Made by a program: the position numbers and the translations under genes
Assembly (NCBI GenBank): GCA_046331705.1
Contig: JAXLQJ010000010.1
Location: forward strand, 62,001 to 126,000
DNA from: a bacterium
Lineage (GTDB): Bacteria > JADJOY01
Direction: 5' to 3'
DNA length: 64,000 nucleotides
Notes under the pieces: generated by a model
Told to the model about the DNA's origin: nothing
The model's database searches: none
What the model saw: the letters and a program-made list of their open reading frames with translations, nothing else
Shown here: piece after piece, positions 32,201 through 41,459 of the stretch
How positions within the stretch are numbered: the first letter of the stretch is position 1
Layout of the letters: every line of letters begins with the position of its first letter

Positions 32201-33276
32201 TGGCGGCCGCGAAGAGGCCCGGGACGAAGGCGCGCGCCGGCAAGCGCCGCGGCGCGCGTGCCGAGGGTGCCGCGCGTGCCGAGCGCGCGCACGGCAAAGC
32301 CGGCCCGGCGGCCGCGAGCAAGCCCGCGGTGCTCGTGACCGGCGCCGCGGGCTACCTCGGGCGGCTCACCGTCGAGACCCTCGCGGGACGGCGCAAGGAC
32401 CTGGCGGCGTTGGTGGCGCTCGACGTGCGCTCGGTTCCGTCGGCCGAGCGGCGTCCGGGAGTCGAGTACGTGGACGGCGACATCGGTGACCCGAAGCTCG
32501 CGGAGCTGATCGGAACGCACGGGATCGACACCGTGGTTCACCTGGCGTCGATCGTGCGTGCACCCAAGGGAGCGCCGGAGGACCTCGCGTATCGCGTGGA
32601 CGTGCTCGGCACGCGGAACGTGCTCGCGGCGTGCGTGCGCAACGGCGTGAAGCGGCTGATCGTGACGTCGAGCGGCGCCGCCTACGGCTACCACGCCGAC
32701 AACGCTCCCTGGCTGGACGAGGAAGACCCCATCCGCGGCAACGACGAGTTTCCGTATTCGCGTCACAAGCGGCTGGTGGAGGAGATGCTCGCCGAGCATC
32801 GCGTGAGCCACCCGGAGCTCGCGCAGTTGGTGCTTCGGCCCGGCACCATCCTGGGCGACGGCACCTCGAGCCCGATCACCGATCTGTTCGAGAAGCCCGT
32901 GATTCTCGGGGTCGCGGGATCCGACTCTCCGTTCGTGTTCATCTGGGACCGCGACGTCGTGGCGTGCATCGTCGCGGGCGTGCTCGACGGAAAGACCGGG
33001 ATCTTCAATCTCGCCGGCGACGGCGCCATGACCACCCGCGAGATCGCGCGCCGCCTGGGCAAGCCCTACCTGCCGATTCCCGCGGAGCTGCTGGGCGCGG
33101 CGCTGGGAGTGCTCAAGACCCTCGGACTGACCCAGTACGGCCCCGAGCAAGTGCGCTTCCTGCGCTACCGCCCGGTGCTCGCGAACCGCCGCCTCAAGCG
33201 CGATTTCGGCTTCACGCCGACCTACACCTCGCGCGAAGTCTTCGACCTGTGGTGGCGCCGCAAGCGCGCCGGCTGA
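32200..33276 (+). CDS. Extended SDR (NAD-dependent epimerase/dehydratase family)
   Basis: VTGAAGYLG, HLA, TSSGAAYG, YSRHK (YxxxK). Confidence 0.9.
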   Translation: MAAAKRPGTKARAGKRRGARAEGAARAERAHGKAGPAAASKPAVLVTGAAGYLGRLTVETLAGRRKDLAALVALDVRSVPSAERRPGVEYVDGDIGDPKLAELIGTHGIDTVVHLASIVRAPKGAPEDLAYRVDVLGTRNVLAACVRNGVKRLIVTSSGAAYGYHADNAPWLDEEDPIRGNDEFPYSRHKRLVEEMLAEHRVSHPELAQLVLRPGTILGDGTSSPITDLFEKPVILGVAGSDSPFVFIWDRDVVACIVAGVLDGKTGIFNLAGDGAMTTREIARRLGKPYLPIPAELLGAALGVLKTLGLTQYGPEQVRFLRYRPVLANRRLKRDFGFTPTYTSREVFDLWWRRKRAG

Positions 33277-33470
33277 CGCAAGTCTCGATCCCAGCTCGAT
33301 CTCGGCGCCTTCGGCGTCCCTCACGGGCGGCTCGCGGTTTCGGATTGCCGATCGGGTGGATCGGTGCGGTCGCTGGCGCGGCTCGCTGTCTCGCCCAGGA
33401 GCCCCGCGCGGGCCGTGGCGTGTGGGATCGCAGTCGCGCCGGCCAGTTCCGGTGGGCGCGATCCGGCCGC

Positions 33471-33498
33471 CTCAAGTCGCTTCATGGCGCTGCCGATG
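33471..33498 (+). promoter_or_regulatory. Possible sigma28 (FliA-type) promoter
   Basis: CTCAAG...GCCGAT with near-canonical spacing upstream of a diguanylate cyclase. Confidence 0.4.
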
Positions 33499-33637
33499 TC
33501 TTCGAGGAGGCCGGAGCGCGAGGACCGTTCGCCGATTGGGCGATCGAGTCGCGATCGCGAGCCGATCTCGAGATGCGACCGGGTCGCGTCGTCGCACGCG
33601 CGCGTCGACCGATCTCCTGGGCGCGACGGCGACGACG

Positions 33638-35491
33638 ATGGCGACAGCGACCGAGAAACCGGACGCAGGACCCGCGACCGGTGGTGGGTCACGGGGCCTC
33701 CAGGGTGGTGTTGCCGGCGCGGTGGCGCTGCTCGCGCGCTTCAGCCGTCGCTTCGCCAGCGCGCTGATCGTGCTGGCCGTGCTGGTGGGTGTGCGCGTTG
33801 GGCTCGATCTGTGGCTCGCCAGCTCGATGGGCGAGGCCACGCGGATGGTCGATCTCGCCGGTCGCCAGCGCATGCTGGTGGGGCGGATCGCGCTCAACGC
33901 CCACGCCCTGGAAGCGGCGCACCCGCAGCCCGTGCGTCTGGCTGCGCTGACCTCCATTCGGGAGGACGTCGCGGCGCTTCTCGACGCCCAGCGCACGCTG
34001 ACCTCCAGCAGCGGACCGGACGACCCCCCGCGACCGCTTCCCGCGGAGCTGTGGTCGCTCTATTTCGAGCCGCCGGGGCGCCTCGATGCGCGCATGCGCG
34101 ATTTCCAGCAAACCGCGATGCGCGTGGCGAGGCAGCAGCGCGCCGATCCCACGATCGACACCGCCGACCTCGTGGCACTGATCGGCGGCGCGCGCGGCGA
34201 GCTCATGCGACTGCTCGATCGCGCCGCGGCACTCTACGCCGAGCGGGGGGAGCGGCGACGCATTCGGGTGATGGCGGCGAGTGGGCTCGGCGCGATCGCC
34301 GTGCTGATGGCGCTCGCCGCCATTCACTGGACGGTGTTCCGGCCGCTCACGCGCGCGGTGCTGGAGGAGGCGAGTCGCCTCGCGGAGGCCGAGCAGCGCT
34401 ATCGGTTCGAAGCGCAGAAGGGCCGCTTCGGCGTGGAGCTCCAGGAGGCGCTCGAGATGGCGGATTCCGAGGATGGAATCCTGAACGTCACGGCGCGAGC
34501 GTTCGGCGAGATCGATCCGACCCACGTCATGCAGATGCTGCTCGCCGACTCGAGCCGCGCCCATCTGCGGATCGTCGCCAGCAATCCGTCCGCGCGCGCC
34601 GCGAGCTGCGACGTGGCCACGCCCTGGGATTGTCCCGCCGTGCGGCGCGGCCGAACGCTCACGTTCAGCTCGGCTCGGGGACTCAAGGCGTGTCCGCGCT
34701 TGCGCGAGCGTGCCGCGGAGCGGTGTACCGCGTACTGCGTGCCCATGACGTTCATGGGCAATGCGCTCGGGGTGGTTCACGCGATCGGCGCCGAGTCCCC
34801 CGGCGATCCAGCACTCTTCCTGTCGCGATTGGAGACGCTCGCCGCGCAGGCGTCGAACCGCCTGGGCGCGGCGCGCAGCCTGGCGCAGGCGCAGTTGCAG
34901 GCATCCACCGATCCGCTCACGGGTTTGCACAATCGACGCGCCTTCGAGGCTGCATTCCGCGAGCTGGACGCGAGCGCGCGGTCGTTCACGCTCGCGGTGG
35001 CCGACCTCGATCACTTCAAACGACTGAACGACACCTACGGGCACGACGCGGGAGACGCGGCGCTTCGGACCTTCGCCAAGGTCGTTCGGGAGTGCACACG
35101 CGCCGACGACATCGCCGTTCGCTATGGCGGCGAGGAGTTCGTGCTGGTGCTCTGCGGCATGAAGGCGGCCGACGGCGTGCGCGTGTTGGATCGGATCCGC
35201 ACGCGCCTGGCGGCGGCGACGTTGAGTGGCGACACGCCCCGCTTCACCGCCAGCTTCGGTCTCGCCGATCCGCTGCCCGGCGAGACCCTCGACGAGCTGG
35301 TGACCATCGCGGACGCCGCGTTGCTCATGGCCAAGGCGGAAGGGCGAGACCGCGTCGTCGTCGCCCCCCGCTCGCGAGAGCCGGAAGCGTTGGTCTCGAG
35401 CACGGTCGAGGCGCCCGCGGAGGTTGCCGCGAGCCTGGAACGTTCGGCGCCGGGCCCGAGCACCGCGGCCGTTCGCGTCGCCGACGCCTGA
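33638..35491 (+). CDS. Diguanylate cyclase with PilJ/NarX-like periplasmic sensor and GAF domain
   Basis: TM-(DLAGRQRML)-TM; GAF; DPLTGLHNRR, DLDHFKRLND, RxxD I-site, GGEEF. Confidence 0.9.
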   Translation: MATATEKPDAGPATGGGSRGLQGGVAGAVALLARFSRRFASALIVLAVLVGVRVGLDLWLASSMGEATRMVDLAGRQRMLVGRIALNAHALEAAHPQPVRLAALTSIREDVAALLDAQRTLTSSSGPDDPPRPLPAELWSLYFEPPGRLDARMRDFQQTAMRVARQQRADPTIDTADLVALIGGARGELMRLLDRAAALYAERGERRRIRVMAASGLGAIAVLMALAAIHWTVFRPLTRAVLEEASRLAEAEQRYRFEAQKGRFGVELQEALEMADSEDGILNVTARAFGEIDPTHVMQMLLADSSRAHLRIVASNPSARAASCDVATPWDCPAVRRGRTLTFSSARGLKACPRLRERAAERCTAYCVPMTFMGNALGVVHAIGAESPGDPALFLSRLETLAAQASNRLGAARSLAQAQLQASTDPLTGLHNRRAFEAAFRELDASARSFTLAVADLDHFKRLNDTYGHDAGDAALRTFAKVVRECTRADDIAVRYGGEEFVLVLCGMKAADGVRVLDRIRTRLAAATLSGDTPRFTASFGLADPLPGETLDELVTIADAALLMAKAEGRDRVVVAPRSREPEALVSSTVEAPAEVAASLERSAPGPSTAAVRVADA

Positions 35492-35654
35492 GCGACGTGC
35501 GGTTCGCGGCGTCCGCGCGGCACGCCCGTCATCCGCGTGCGCCGGAACCGTTGCCGTTCGCGCGGGGACGGCGCCTGCTTCCATCGGTGAGCACGTGTCG
35601 CCTGCGCGAGGAGGTGTATCGTCGGCGCGCACGTCGAGCGGCGCGAGGGCTTCG

Positions 35655-36659
35655 ATGCGGATGGTCCACGAGACGCGGTGGTGGTTGCTCGCGACGCTCG
35701 TGGGTGGGCTCGCGCTCGCCACGAGCTGCTTGGTGCGAATGCCCGGGACCTCGTTCGTGGGGGCGCCGCCGGAGGTAACTGCGATGCAACGCGATCTCGC
35801 CGAGTCGCTCCACGCGCACGTCGCGACGCTCGCGGGCGAGATCGGCGAGCGCAACACCCGTCGTCCCGAAGCGCTCGCACAGGCGCGCGACTACCTCGCC
35901 GCGCGGCTCGGCGCGACCGGGCTCGGCGTCGAGCGTCAGGGCTTCGATGCGGATGGCACGCGTTGCGAGAACCTGATCGTCGAGGTTCCCGGCCGCTCAC
36001 GCGCGAACGAGATCGTGGTGGTCGGCGCCCACTACGACTCGGCCGAGTACTGCCCCGCCGCGAACGACAACGGCTCGGGAGTGGCCGCGCTGCTCGAGCT
36101 CGCGCGGCGCTTCGCTCGCGAGCCGCTCGAGCGCACCGTGCGCTTCGTGGCCTTCGTCAACGAGGAGCCGCCCCACTACCGGACGGAGACCATGGGCAGC
36201 CTCGTGTACGCGAAGTCTTGCCGCGCACGCGGCGACGACGTCGTCGGCATGTTGAGCCTGGAGACGATGGGCTATTTCCTCGACGAGCCTGGCTCGCAGC
36301 GCTACCCGTGGCCCTTCGGGCTCTTCTATCCGAGCACCGGCAACTTCATCGGCTTCGTGGGCAACGTGGGCTCGCGGGCGCTGGTGTCGCGAAGCACCGA
36401 GGTGTTTCGAAGGGCCGTGTCCTTTCCTTCCGAGGGTGCGGCTCTTCCCGGCTGGGTGCCGGGGATCGGCTGGTCCGACCACTGGTCGTTCTGGCAGGCG
36501 GGCTATCCCGGGCTGATGGTCACCGACACCGCGCCGTTTCGTTATCCGCATTACCACCGGCCGACCGACACGCCGGATCGCATCGACTACGTCCGCCTCG
36601 CGCGCGTCGTCGAAGGCGTACGCGAGGTGGTCCGCGATCTGGGAAGCGCCGCGCGCTGA
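35655..36659 (+). CDS. M28 family peptidase
   Basis: GAHYDS, ANDNGSG, NEE, WSDH, YH..TD; start uncertain. Confidence 0.88.
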   Translation: MRMVHETRWWLLATLVGGLALATSCLVRMPGTSFVGAPPEVTAMQRDLAESLHAHVATLAGEIGERNTRRPEALAQARDYLAARLGATGLGVERQGFDADGTRCENLIVEVPGRSRANEIVVVGAHYDSAEYCPAANDNGSGVAALLELARRFAREPLERTVRFVAFVNEEPPHYRTETMGSLVYAKSCRARGDDVVGMLSLETMGYFLDEPGSQRYPWPFGLFYPSTGNFIGFVGNVGSRALVSRSTEVFRRAVSFPSEGAALPGWVPGIGWSDHWSFWQAGYPGLMVTDTAPFRYPHYHRPTDTPDRIDYVRLARVVEGVREVVRDLGSAAR

Positions 36660-37468
36660 ACGTCGATCGTGCCGCGGGGCACCACGATGCCGCCTTCCGC
36701 GGGTCGACCGAGCATCCGCAGCCGGCCATCCAGCGCGAGCGCACCCAGGTAGGCGCAGAAGATCGCATCGAGGCGGTCCTCGCGCTCCTTGTAGGCGCGG
36801 CCAACGCGGCACCCGGGATCGAGCGATGCGCTGAGCGCAGGATCGAGGAGGAGGCGCGGCCGGCGCAATGCCTCGACGTGGGCGAGGTAGCGCTGGAACG
36901 CCGCGCGCGCGGCGGGCCACGATTGGCGCTTCTTCTTGTACTTGAGCGTGGCGCCGAGGCCGAAGAGCACCACCTGGGCGGGGTGCGGATAGCACTCGAA
37001 CACCCAGTGGCCACGGTGCGCGCCCGCTTTCGGCAGATCGCCCGGCGGCCACGGAAAGCCGAGGGTCGCGAGTCGCCGAGCGATCTCCTCGCCGCGCGGG
37101 GTGCCGCCGTTCAGGCGGCCCATGTGGATTCGGTTCGCGGGGTAGGCGCCGGCCTGGGCGCGACCGAACTCCACGTGCGTCAGCCGATCGCACGCGCGCA
37201 TGCCGGTGTCGTTCGGCACCACGAGCGGTGCATCGATCATCACCACGCTGGTCGGTGCGAGATGCGCGGCGACGAACGCCAGGATCTCGTCGTCGCCGTG
37301 CACGATCCGGGAGGCCATCACCGCGAGCCCGCGCCCGGACGGTGCCAGCGCGGCTACTCCTGTCGGGTTGCGCGGCGACCACGCGAGGTCGATCCCGATC
37401 AGCGATCGCTCGGGTGTGCGCGGTGGCTTCGCCACCGCGCCCGTGCGGTGCCGTCCCGCGGGCGTCAT
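36587..37468 (-). CDS. DUF429 family protein (RNase H-fold predicted nuclease)
   Basis: IGIDLAWS..NPTG, IDAPL, ECYPH, EDRLDA. Confidence 0.8.
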   Translation of the reverse strand: MTPAGRHRTGAVAKPPRTPERSLIGIDLAWSPRNPTGVAALAPSGRGLAVMASRIVHGDDEILAFVAAHLAPTSVVMIDAPLVVPNDTGMRACDRLTHVEFGRAQAGAYPANRIHMGRLNGGTPRGEEIARRLATLGFPWPPGDLPKAGAHRGHWVFECYPHPAQVVLFGLGATLKYKKKRQSWPAARAAFQRYLAHVEALRRPRLLLDPALSASLDPGCRVGRAYKEREDRLDAIFCAYLGALALDGRLRMLGRPAEGGIVVPRGTIDVQRAALPRSRTTSRTPSTTRARRT

Positions 37469-37674
37469 CCCCGCTGGCGCGGACCGAAGAGTTCCCGGAT
37501 CCGCGTCCCGCGCGTCGGCGGACGAACTCGAGTCGGCGTGCGGTGGGGAGCCAGCAACAAGCTGGTCCGGTGGGCGCCGTGGAGCAGCAGGAGGGGCGGG
37601 CCGGCGTCCATCTCACCCCACGGGATGCTGGTTCCCGCCACTTGGGTCTCGTGCGCCGCGCCGACGATTTGCAT
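37465..37674 (-). pseudogene. N-terminal stub of an alpha/beta hydrolase
   Basis: VAGTSIPWGEMDAGPPLLLLHG then loss of similarity and early stop. Confidence 0.45.
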
Positions 37675-37736
37675 GGCGAGGAGCGTAGCCGCTTCACACG
37701 CCCTCGTGGCGAAGCGGGGGTGGCGATGGGGTGCCG

Positions 37737-38312
37737 CTACCGACGCGTCGCCTCGGTAGCGAGCTCCGCCGCGAACGCTTCGAACGCCGCGAGCGTTCGA
37801 GGGCCGAGCGTCACCTCCATCAGCGAGCCGAGCCCTCGTGTGAACACCAACGCGGTGTAGTACCGAGAGGCGTCGCGCCCCTCCGCAACCACCAGCTGCC
37901 ACCGCTCGCTGGTCTGATCGAACGGGAATTGCCGACCCCACGACACGGCGCGGACCTCGTCATCGACGACTTGGACCTGCTCGTGGGATGGGGTCATCGG
38001 CGCGGGCGGGTCGAGGAGCTGGATCGCCAGGTCGATGGGAGCGCCGGCTTCGAGCGTCTCCACCCGAGCGGTGAGCGCCTGCGACCAGTCTCCGTAGTGG
38101 TTGACGTCGCGCACCAATCCCCAGACCGTCGCCGCCGACGCCTCGATCGCGAGGTTCGCGCGCAGCGCGTATCGACCATCGTCCTCGAGCACCCAGTCGA
38201 TTCCGTAACGCTCGATCGCCGAGGGCGGCTGGCGAGCGTGGCCGGAGTCGCCGCAACCCGCGGCCAGGGCCCCTGCGGCGACGAGCGTGACGAGCCAACG
38301 TGCGTGCATCAT
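37737..38312 (-). CDS. SRPBCC/START-domain lipoprotein
   Basis: LAAGC lipobox; IEASAATVWGLVRDVNHYGDW; C-terminal helix FEAFAAELA. Confidence 0.75.
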   Translation of the reverse strand: MMHARWLVTLVAAGALAAGCGDSGHARQPPSAIERYGIDWVLEDDGRYALRANLAIEASAATVWGLVRDVNHYGDWSQALTARVETLEAGAPIDLAIQLLDPPAPMTPSHEQVQVVDDEVRAVSWGRQFPFDQTSERWQLVVAEGRDASRYYTALVFTRGLGSLMEVTLGPRTLAAFEAFAAELATEATRR

Positions 38313-38430
38313 GGAGCCTCGGGGCCGAGCGTGAGTGGCGCGCCGGACCGGCGTGAGCGGCGCGAGTGGCGTGAGCGCAACGCCGCGCATGATCGCATGG
38401 CGAGCGCCCTCGCCGAGCCCGTCCACGGGG

Positions 38431-39576
38431 TCACGTCGGCGGCGAAACCCCGGGCGACGCCTCGGCTCGCTCGCTCGTCGCCGAGGTGCCTGGATTCGCG
38501 TAGCCGAGGGCCTCGAACGCGAAGCCCAGCTCGGCGTCGATTCGGGCGCGCAGACGCGGATCGTCGGGAAACCGGTGACCCTCGTAGCGCTCGCTGGTGC
38601 GGATGTGGTCGGCGAATCGGGCCTCCATCGCCGCGAAATCGCCCAGCGCGAGCTGGTCGTAGATCGCTCGCAGCCAGCGCATCCTGTCGGCGACGAATTC
38701 CTCGTAGCGGATCTCGATCAGATTGCCGGCGGGGATGCGGCCCTTGTCGCGCAGAAAGCCCTGCATGTAGCCGCGATATTGCTCGATCGCGAAGTCGGTG
38801 AGCTCTTCGTCCGTCACGGCCTCGAGCCCGTACTTCCGAGCCATCGTGCGATGAAGGTTGATCTGCGACGGGATCACCTTGTGCGGGTCGCGCTGGATGT
38901 GGATGAGCTTGGCGTCGGGAAACAGCTCCAGCAGCGCCTCGAGATTGGCCATGGTCGCGGGGCTCTTGAGCAGCGAGCGCTCGCGACCCATGAGGAACGC
39001 AGCCTTGCGCAGCGTTCCGAGGTAGGTGCGCTTCCAGGCGCCATGAGACGGCGAGCGGGGGGAGAACTCGAAGACGTAGGTGCGAAGCCAGAACCGGTGA
39101 TTCCTCGGAAAGCTGTACTTGTGGTACTCGCAATGCGGCGTGAGCTTCACCATCGGGACTTCGTCGTCCTGCGGGCTGCCCGGTCCCACCTCCATGTTGT
39201 CGAAGGGGCGGCGGTAATCGATCGACGCGAGCAGCGCGTCGATCGCTCGGTCGAAGAGGATGCAGCAGCCGGGCAGCACCATCTGCGACGGCCGCGTGTA
39301 CGCGAATTGCGGGTCGAGGCTCAAGAGATTGAGCAGGTGAGTCGTGCCGCTGCGATCGTGGCCGAGGATGACGAGCGGGCTCGAGCTGAGCTTCTGGCGC
39401 GCCACACGGCGGCCGTAGACCAGCAGCTCCAAGGCGTTGAACGGCAGCGCCACCAGCGAGACGGCGAAGAGCACCAGCACGCGCGGCAGGAAGCGCGCGT
39501 CGAAGCCGCCGTTGGCGCGCAGGATTCGGTAGAGCGTGAGCGGGTCCGTGAACGCGAGATAGGCGGGGAAGGTCAT
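38431..39576 (-). CDS. PAPS-dependent sulfotransferase (Sulfotransfer_3)
   Basis: GHDRSGTTHL (5'-PSB), LLKSP, IHIQRDP..VIPS (3'-PB), IRYEEF. Confidence 0.88.
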   Translation of the reverse strand: MTFPAYLAFTDPLTLYRILRANGGFDARFLPRVLVLFAVSLVALPFNALELLVYGRRVARQKLSSSPLVILGHDRSGTTHLLNLLSLDPQFAYTRPSQMVLPGCCILFDRAIDALLASIDYRRPFDNMEVGPGSPQDDEVPMVKLTPHCEYHKYSFPRNHRFWLRTYVFEFSPRSPSHGAWKRTYLGTLRKAAFLMGRERSLLKSPATMANLEALLELFPDAKLIHIQRDPHKVIPSQINLHRTMARKYGLEAVTDEELTDFAIEQYRGYMQGFLRDKGRIPAGNLIEIRYEEFVADRMRWLRAIYDQLALGDFAAMEARFADHIRTSERYEGHRFPDDPRLRARIDAELGFAFEALGYANPGTSATSERAEASPGVSPPT

Positions 39577-39580
39577 GGGC

Positions 39581-41191
39581 TCAGCTCCGGTCACCCGCGG
39601 CCGCGCCATCGGAGAGGGCGATGATTCCCTTGAAGACGCCGAGATAGACCGTGCCGTCGCGGGCGATCGCCGGCGAGCCCCAGTTGATGTCGAAGGACTT
39701 CCCGATGCCGACGAACTGCTTGAACACCGGCTTGCCCGTCACGAAATCGAGCGCCAGGAACGACCAGGCGTTCTCGCCGTCGGGCTGTTGCTCGAAGGTG
39801 TAGGCGTAGACGAGGCCGTTGGTGGAGAGCTTGGTGACGACGGCGGGCACGCGGTCGGGCGCGGTCCACACCACGTCGCAACCGCCATCGTCGTCGCGGA
39901 TGTCGATGCGCGCGATGCCGCCGGGGATCTTCGCCTCCGAGGTGCCGTGGAAGGCGCTGCGGTAGCCGGAGTCGTTCTTGACCACCAGCGATCGACCCCA
40001 ACCGATGGGGGAGATCTCCACCGCCGAGCCGTTCTCTCCGAAGAGCGGCACGCGGCAGATCTGGCGTGGCCCCGTCACGTCGGCTTCGCGGCGATAGACC
40101 ACCAAGCCGGTGCGATCGTCGCCCGCATCCGTGATCGCGACGTACTTGCGGCCGCGCTCGTCGTCCAGCAGCGTGGGCGTGGACCCGGACCCCAGATTGA
40201 TGTTGCCGTAGCGGTAGCGGTTGCTGCGCAGGTAGGCCTCGCGCCACAGCGTGCGGGGCGTGAGGTCGTCGCCGGCGACCATGTGATAGAGCGCGAAGTC
40301 GGTGATCACGTACATGCCGGATTCGTCGGCGGAGAGGCTGTTCTGGATCTCCTCGCCGGCGAAGCGGTGCACCGCGGCGCGCCCGGTCGTCGGATCGAGG
40401 ACGCCGACTCGACCGAAGCGCGTGACCCACCAGATCCGCCCCGCGTAGTCGGGCATCACCGAGGTGATGGGATCGCACTCGCCCCTGGGAAACCAGTTGT
40501 CGATGTCGAAGCAGTCGTGGGGTGCGAACGGCTTCATGTCCCACGAGTCGGTGACGTAGAGCTCCCACTCGCCGTCGGCGCGCTGACGATGGGCGATGCG
40601 CTGGATGCGTTGCGCCGCGTCGGCGAGCACCACGCGGTCCTGATCGTCCAGGTAGAAGTAGCTGCCGCCGCTGGTGTCCAAGAAGATGATGTCGAGATCG
40701 AGCTTGACGGCGGCCTCGAAGGTCGAGGGGCGTGTCACGAGCCTGTGAGTCGCGAGCAGGTTCAGCGTGTGGGGCTCGAAGAGATCGATCTCGAAGCCCG
40801 CGAACGACGCGCACATCGCCACCACCAGGCCGCTCTTCGCGAACGTGATCGTGGGGCACACGCCGCCAGGAAGCGGCGAGACCCGCCGCGTCGCCACCTG
40901 CACGTCGTTTCCCAGGGGGCCGCCGGTGGTGTGGACGTCCGAGTTGTAGGCGTTGCCGTGAAGCCCACCGCCTTCGAACGCCATGAACGGGTGGAGGATC
41001 TGCCGTGCTGCGAAGCCGGTGAGAGGCCGAGGCGTGACCGGGTAGCGGACGAGCTTGGGGCCCGCGAACGGCTTGCCGGTGATCGGCACCGCTGTGCGGC
41101 CGGGCGCGAGCAGACCCGAGCGCCACACCACGACCGTCACGAGCGTGATCGATACCACCAGAGCGAGGAAGATCCGGGCGGCGCGAGCCAT
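39581..41191 (-). CDS. Membrane-anchored hypothetical protein, probable beta-propeller
   Basis: N-terminal TM; HGNAYNSD, GGSYFYLD, GSGSTPTL and repeated beta-rich segments. Confidence 0.7.
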   Translation of the reverse strand: MARAARIFLALVVSITLVTVVVWRSGLLAPGRTAVPITGKPFAGPKLVRYPVTPRPLTGFAARQILHPFMAFEGGGLHGNAYNSDVHTTGGPLGNDVQVATRRVSPLPGGVCPTITFAKSGLVVAMCASFAGFEIDLFEPHTLNLLATHRLVTRPSTFEAAVKLDLDIIFLDTSGGSYFYLDDQDRVVLADAAQRIQRIAHRQRADGEWELYVTDSWDMKPFAPHDCFDIDNWFPRGECDPITSVMPDYAGRIWWVTRFGRVGVLDPTTGRAAVHRFAGEEIQNSLSADESGMYVITDFALYHMVAGDDLTPRTLWREAYLRSNRYRYGNINLGSGSTPTLLDDERGRKYVAITDAGDDRTGLVVYRREADVTGPRQICRVPLFGENGSAVEISPIGWGRSLVVKNDSGYRSAFHGTSEAKIPGGIARIDIRDDDGGCDVVWTAPDRVPAVVTKLSTNGLVYAYTFEQQPDGENAWSFLALDFVTGKPVFKQFVGIGKSFDINWGSPAIARDGTVYLGVFKGIIALSDGAAAGDRS

Positions 41192-41411
41192 GTCGGCTCC
41201 TTCCGTGGCGAGGGTGCGGCCGTGTGTGCGAACGCGCGATCCACTCATGTGGAAGTGGAATCGTCAACGCATTTCGCGCGGCACGGGCTCCCCATCCGGA
41301 CCTGGTGATGGCGCGTTCGCGAACGCCGCTCGCGGGCGGACACCGGTTGCGGCGGTAGCGGTGTCACCCGCGTCACCTGCGCGCTCCGGGTCTCGCCGCG
41401 GTACGGGGAGG

Positions 41412-41459
41412 TTGACCGAGAGCGGACGAAGCTGCTATACGGAATGACATGTCAGTCAT
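41412..41459 (+). promoter_or_regulatory. TetR promoter with overlapping palindromic operator
   Basis: TTGACC (41412) ... TGcTATACG (41433-41441); ATGAC-N6-GTCAT at 41444-41459 containing the perfect palindrome TGACATGTCA. Confidence 0.6.

Noticed and set aside
36587-36659. Convergent 73-bp overlap of the M28 peptidase and DUF429 genes
   Set aside because: The overlapping DUF429 tail is low-complexity read-through, common in GC-rich genomes
38328-38378. Short 9-nt imperfect tandem repeats (ggcgtgagc/ggcgcgagt), and the SPSPSP tract at the glgB start
   Set aside because: Too short and low-complexity to support a function
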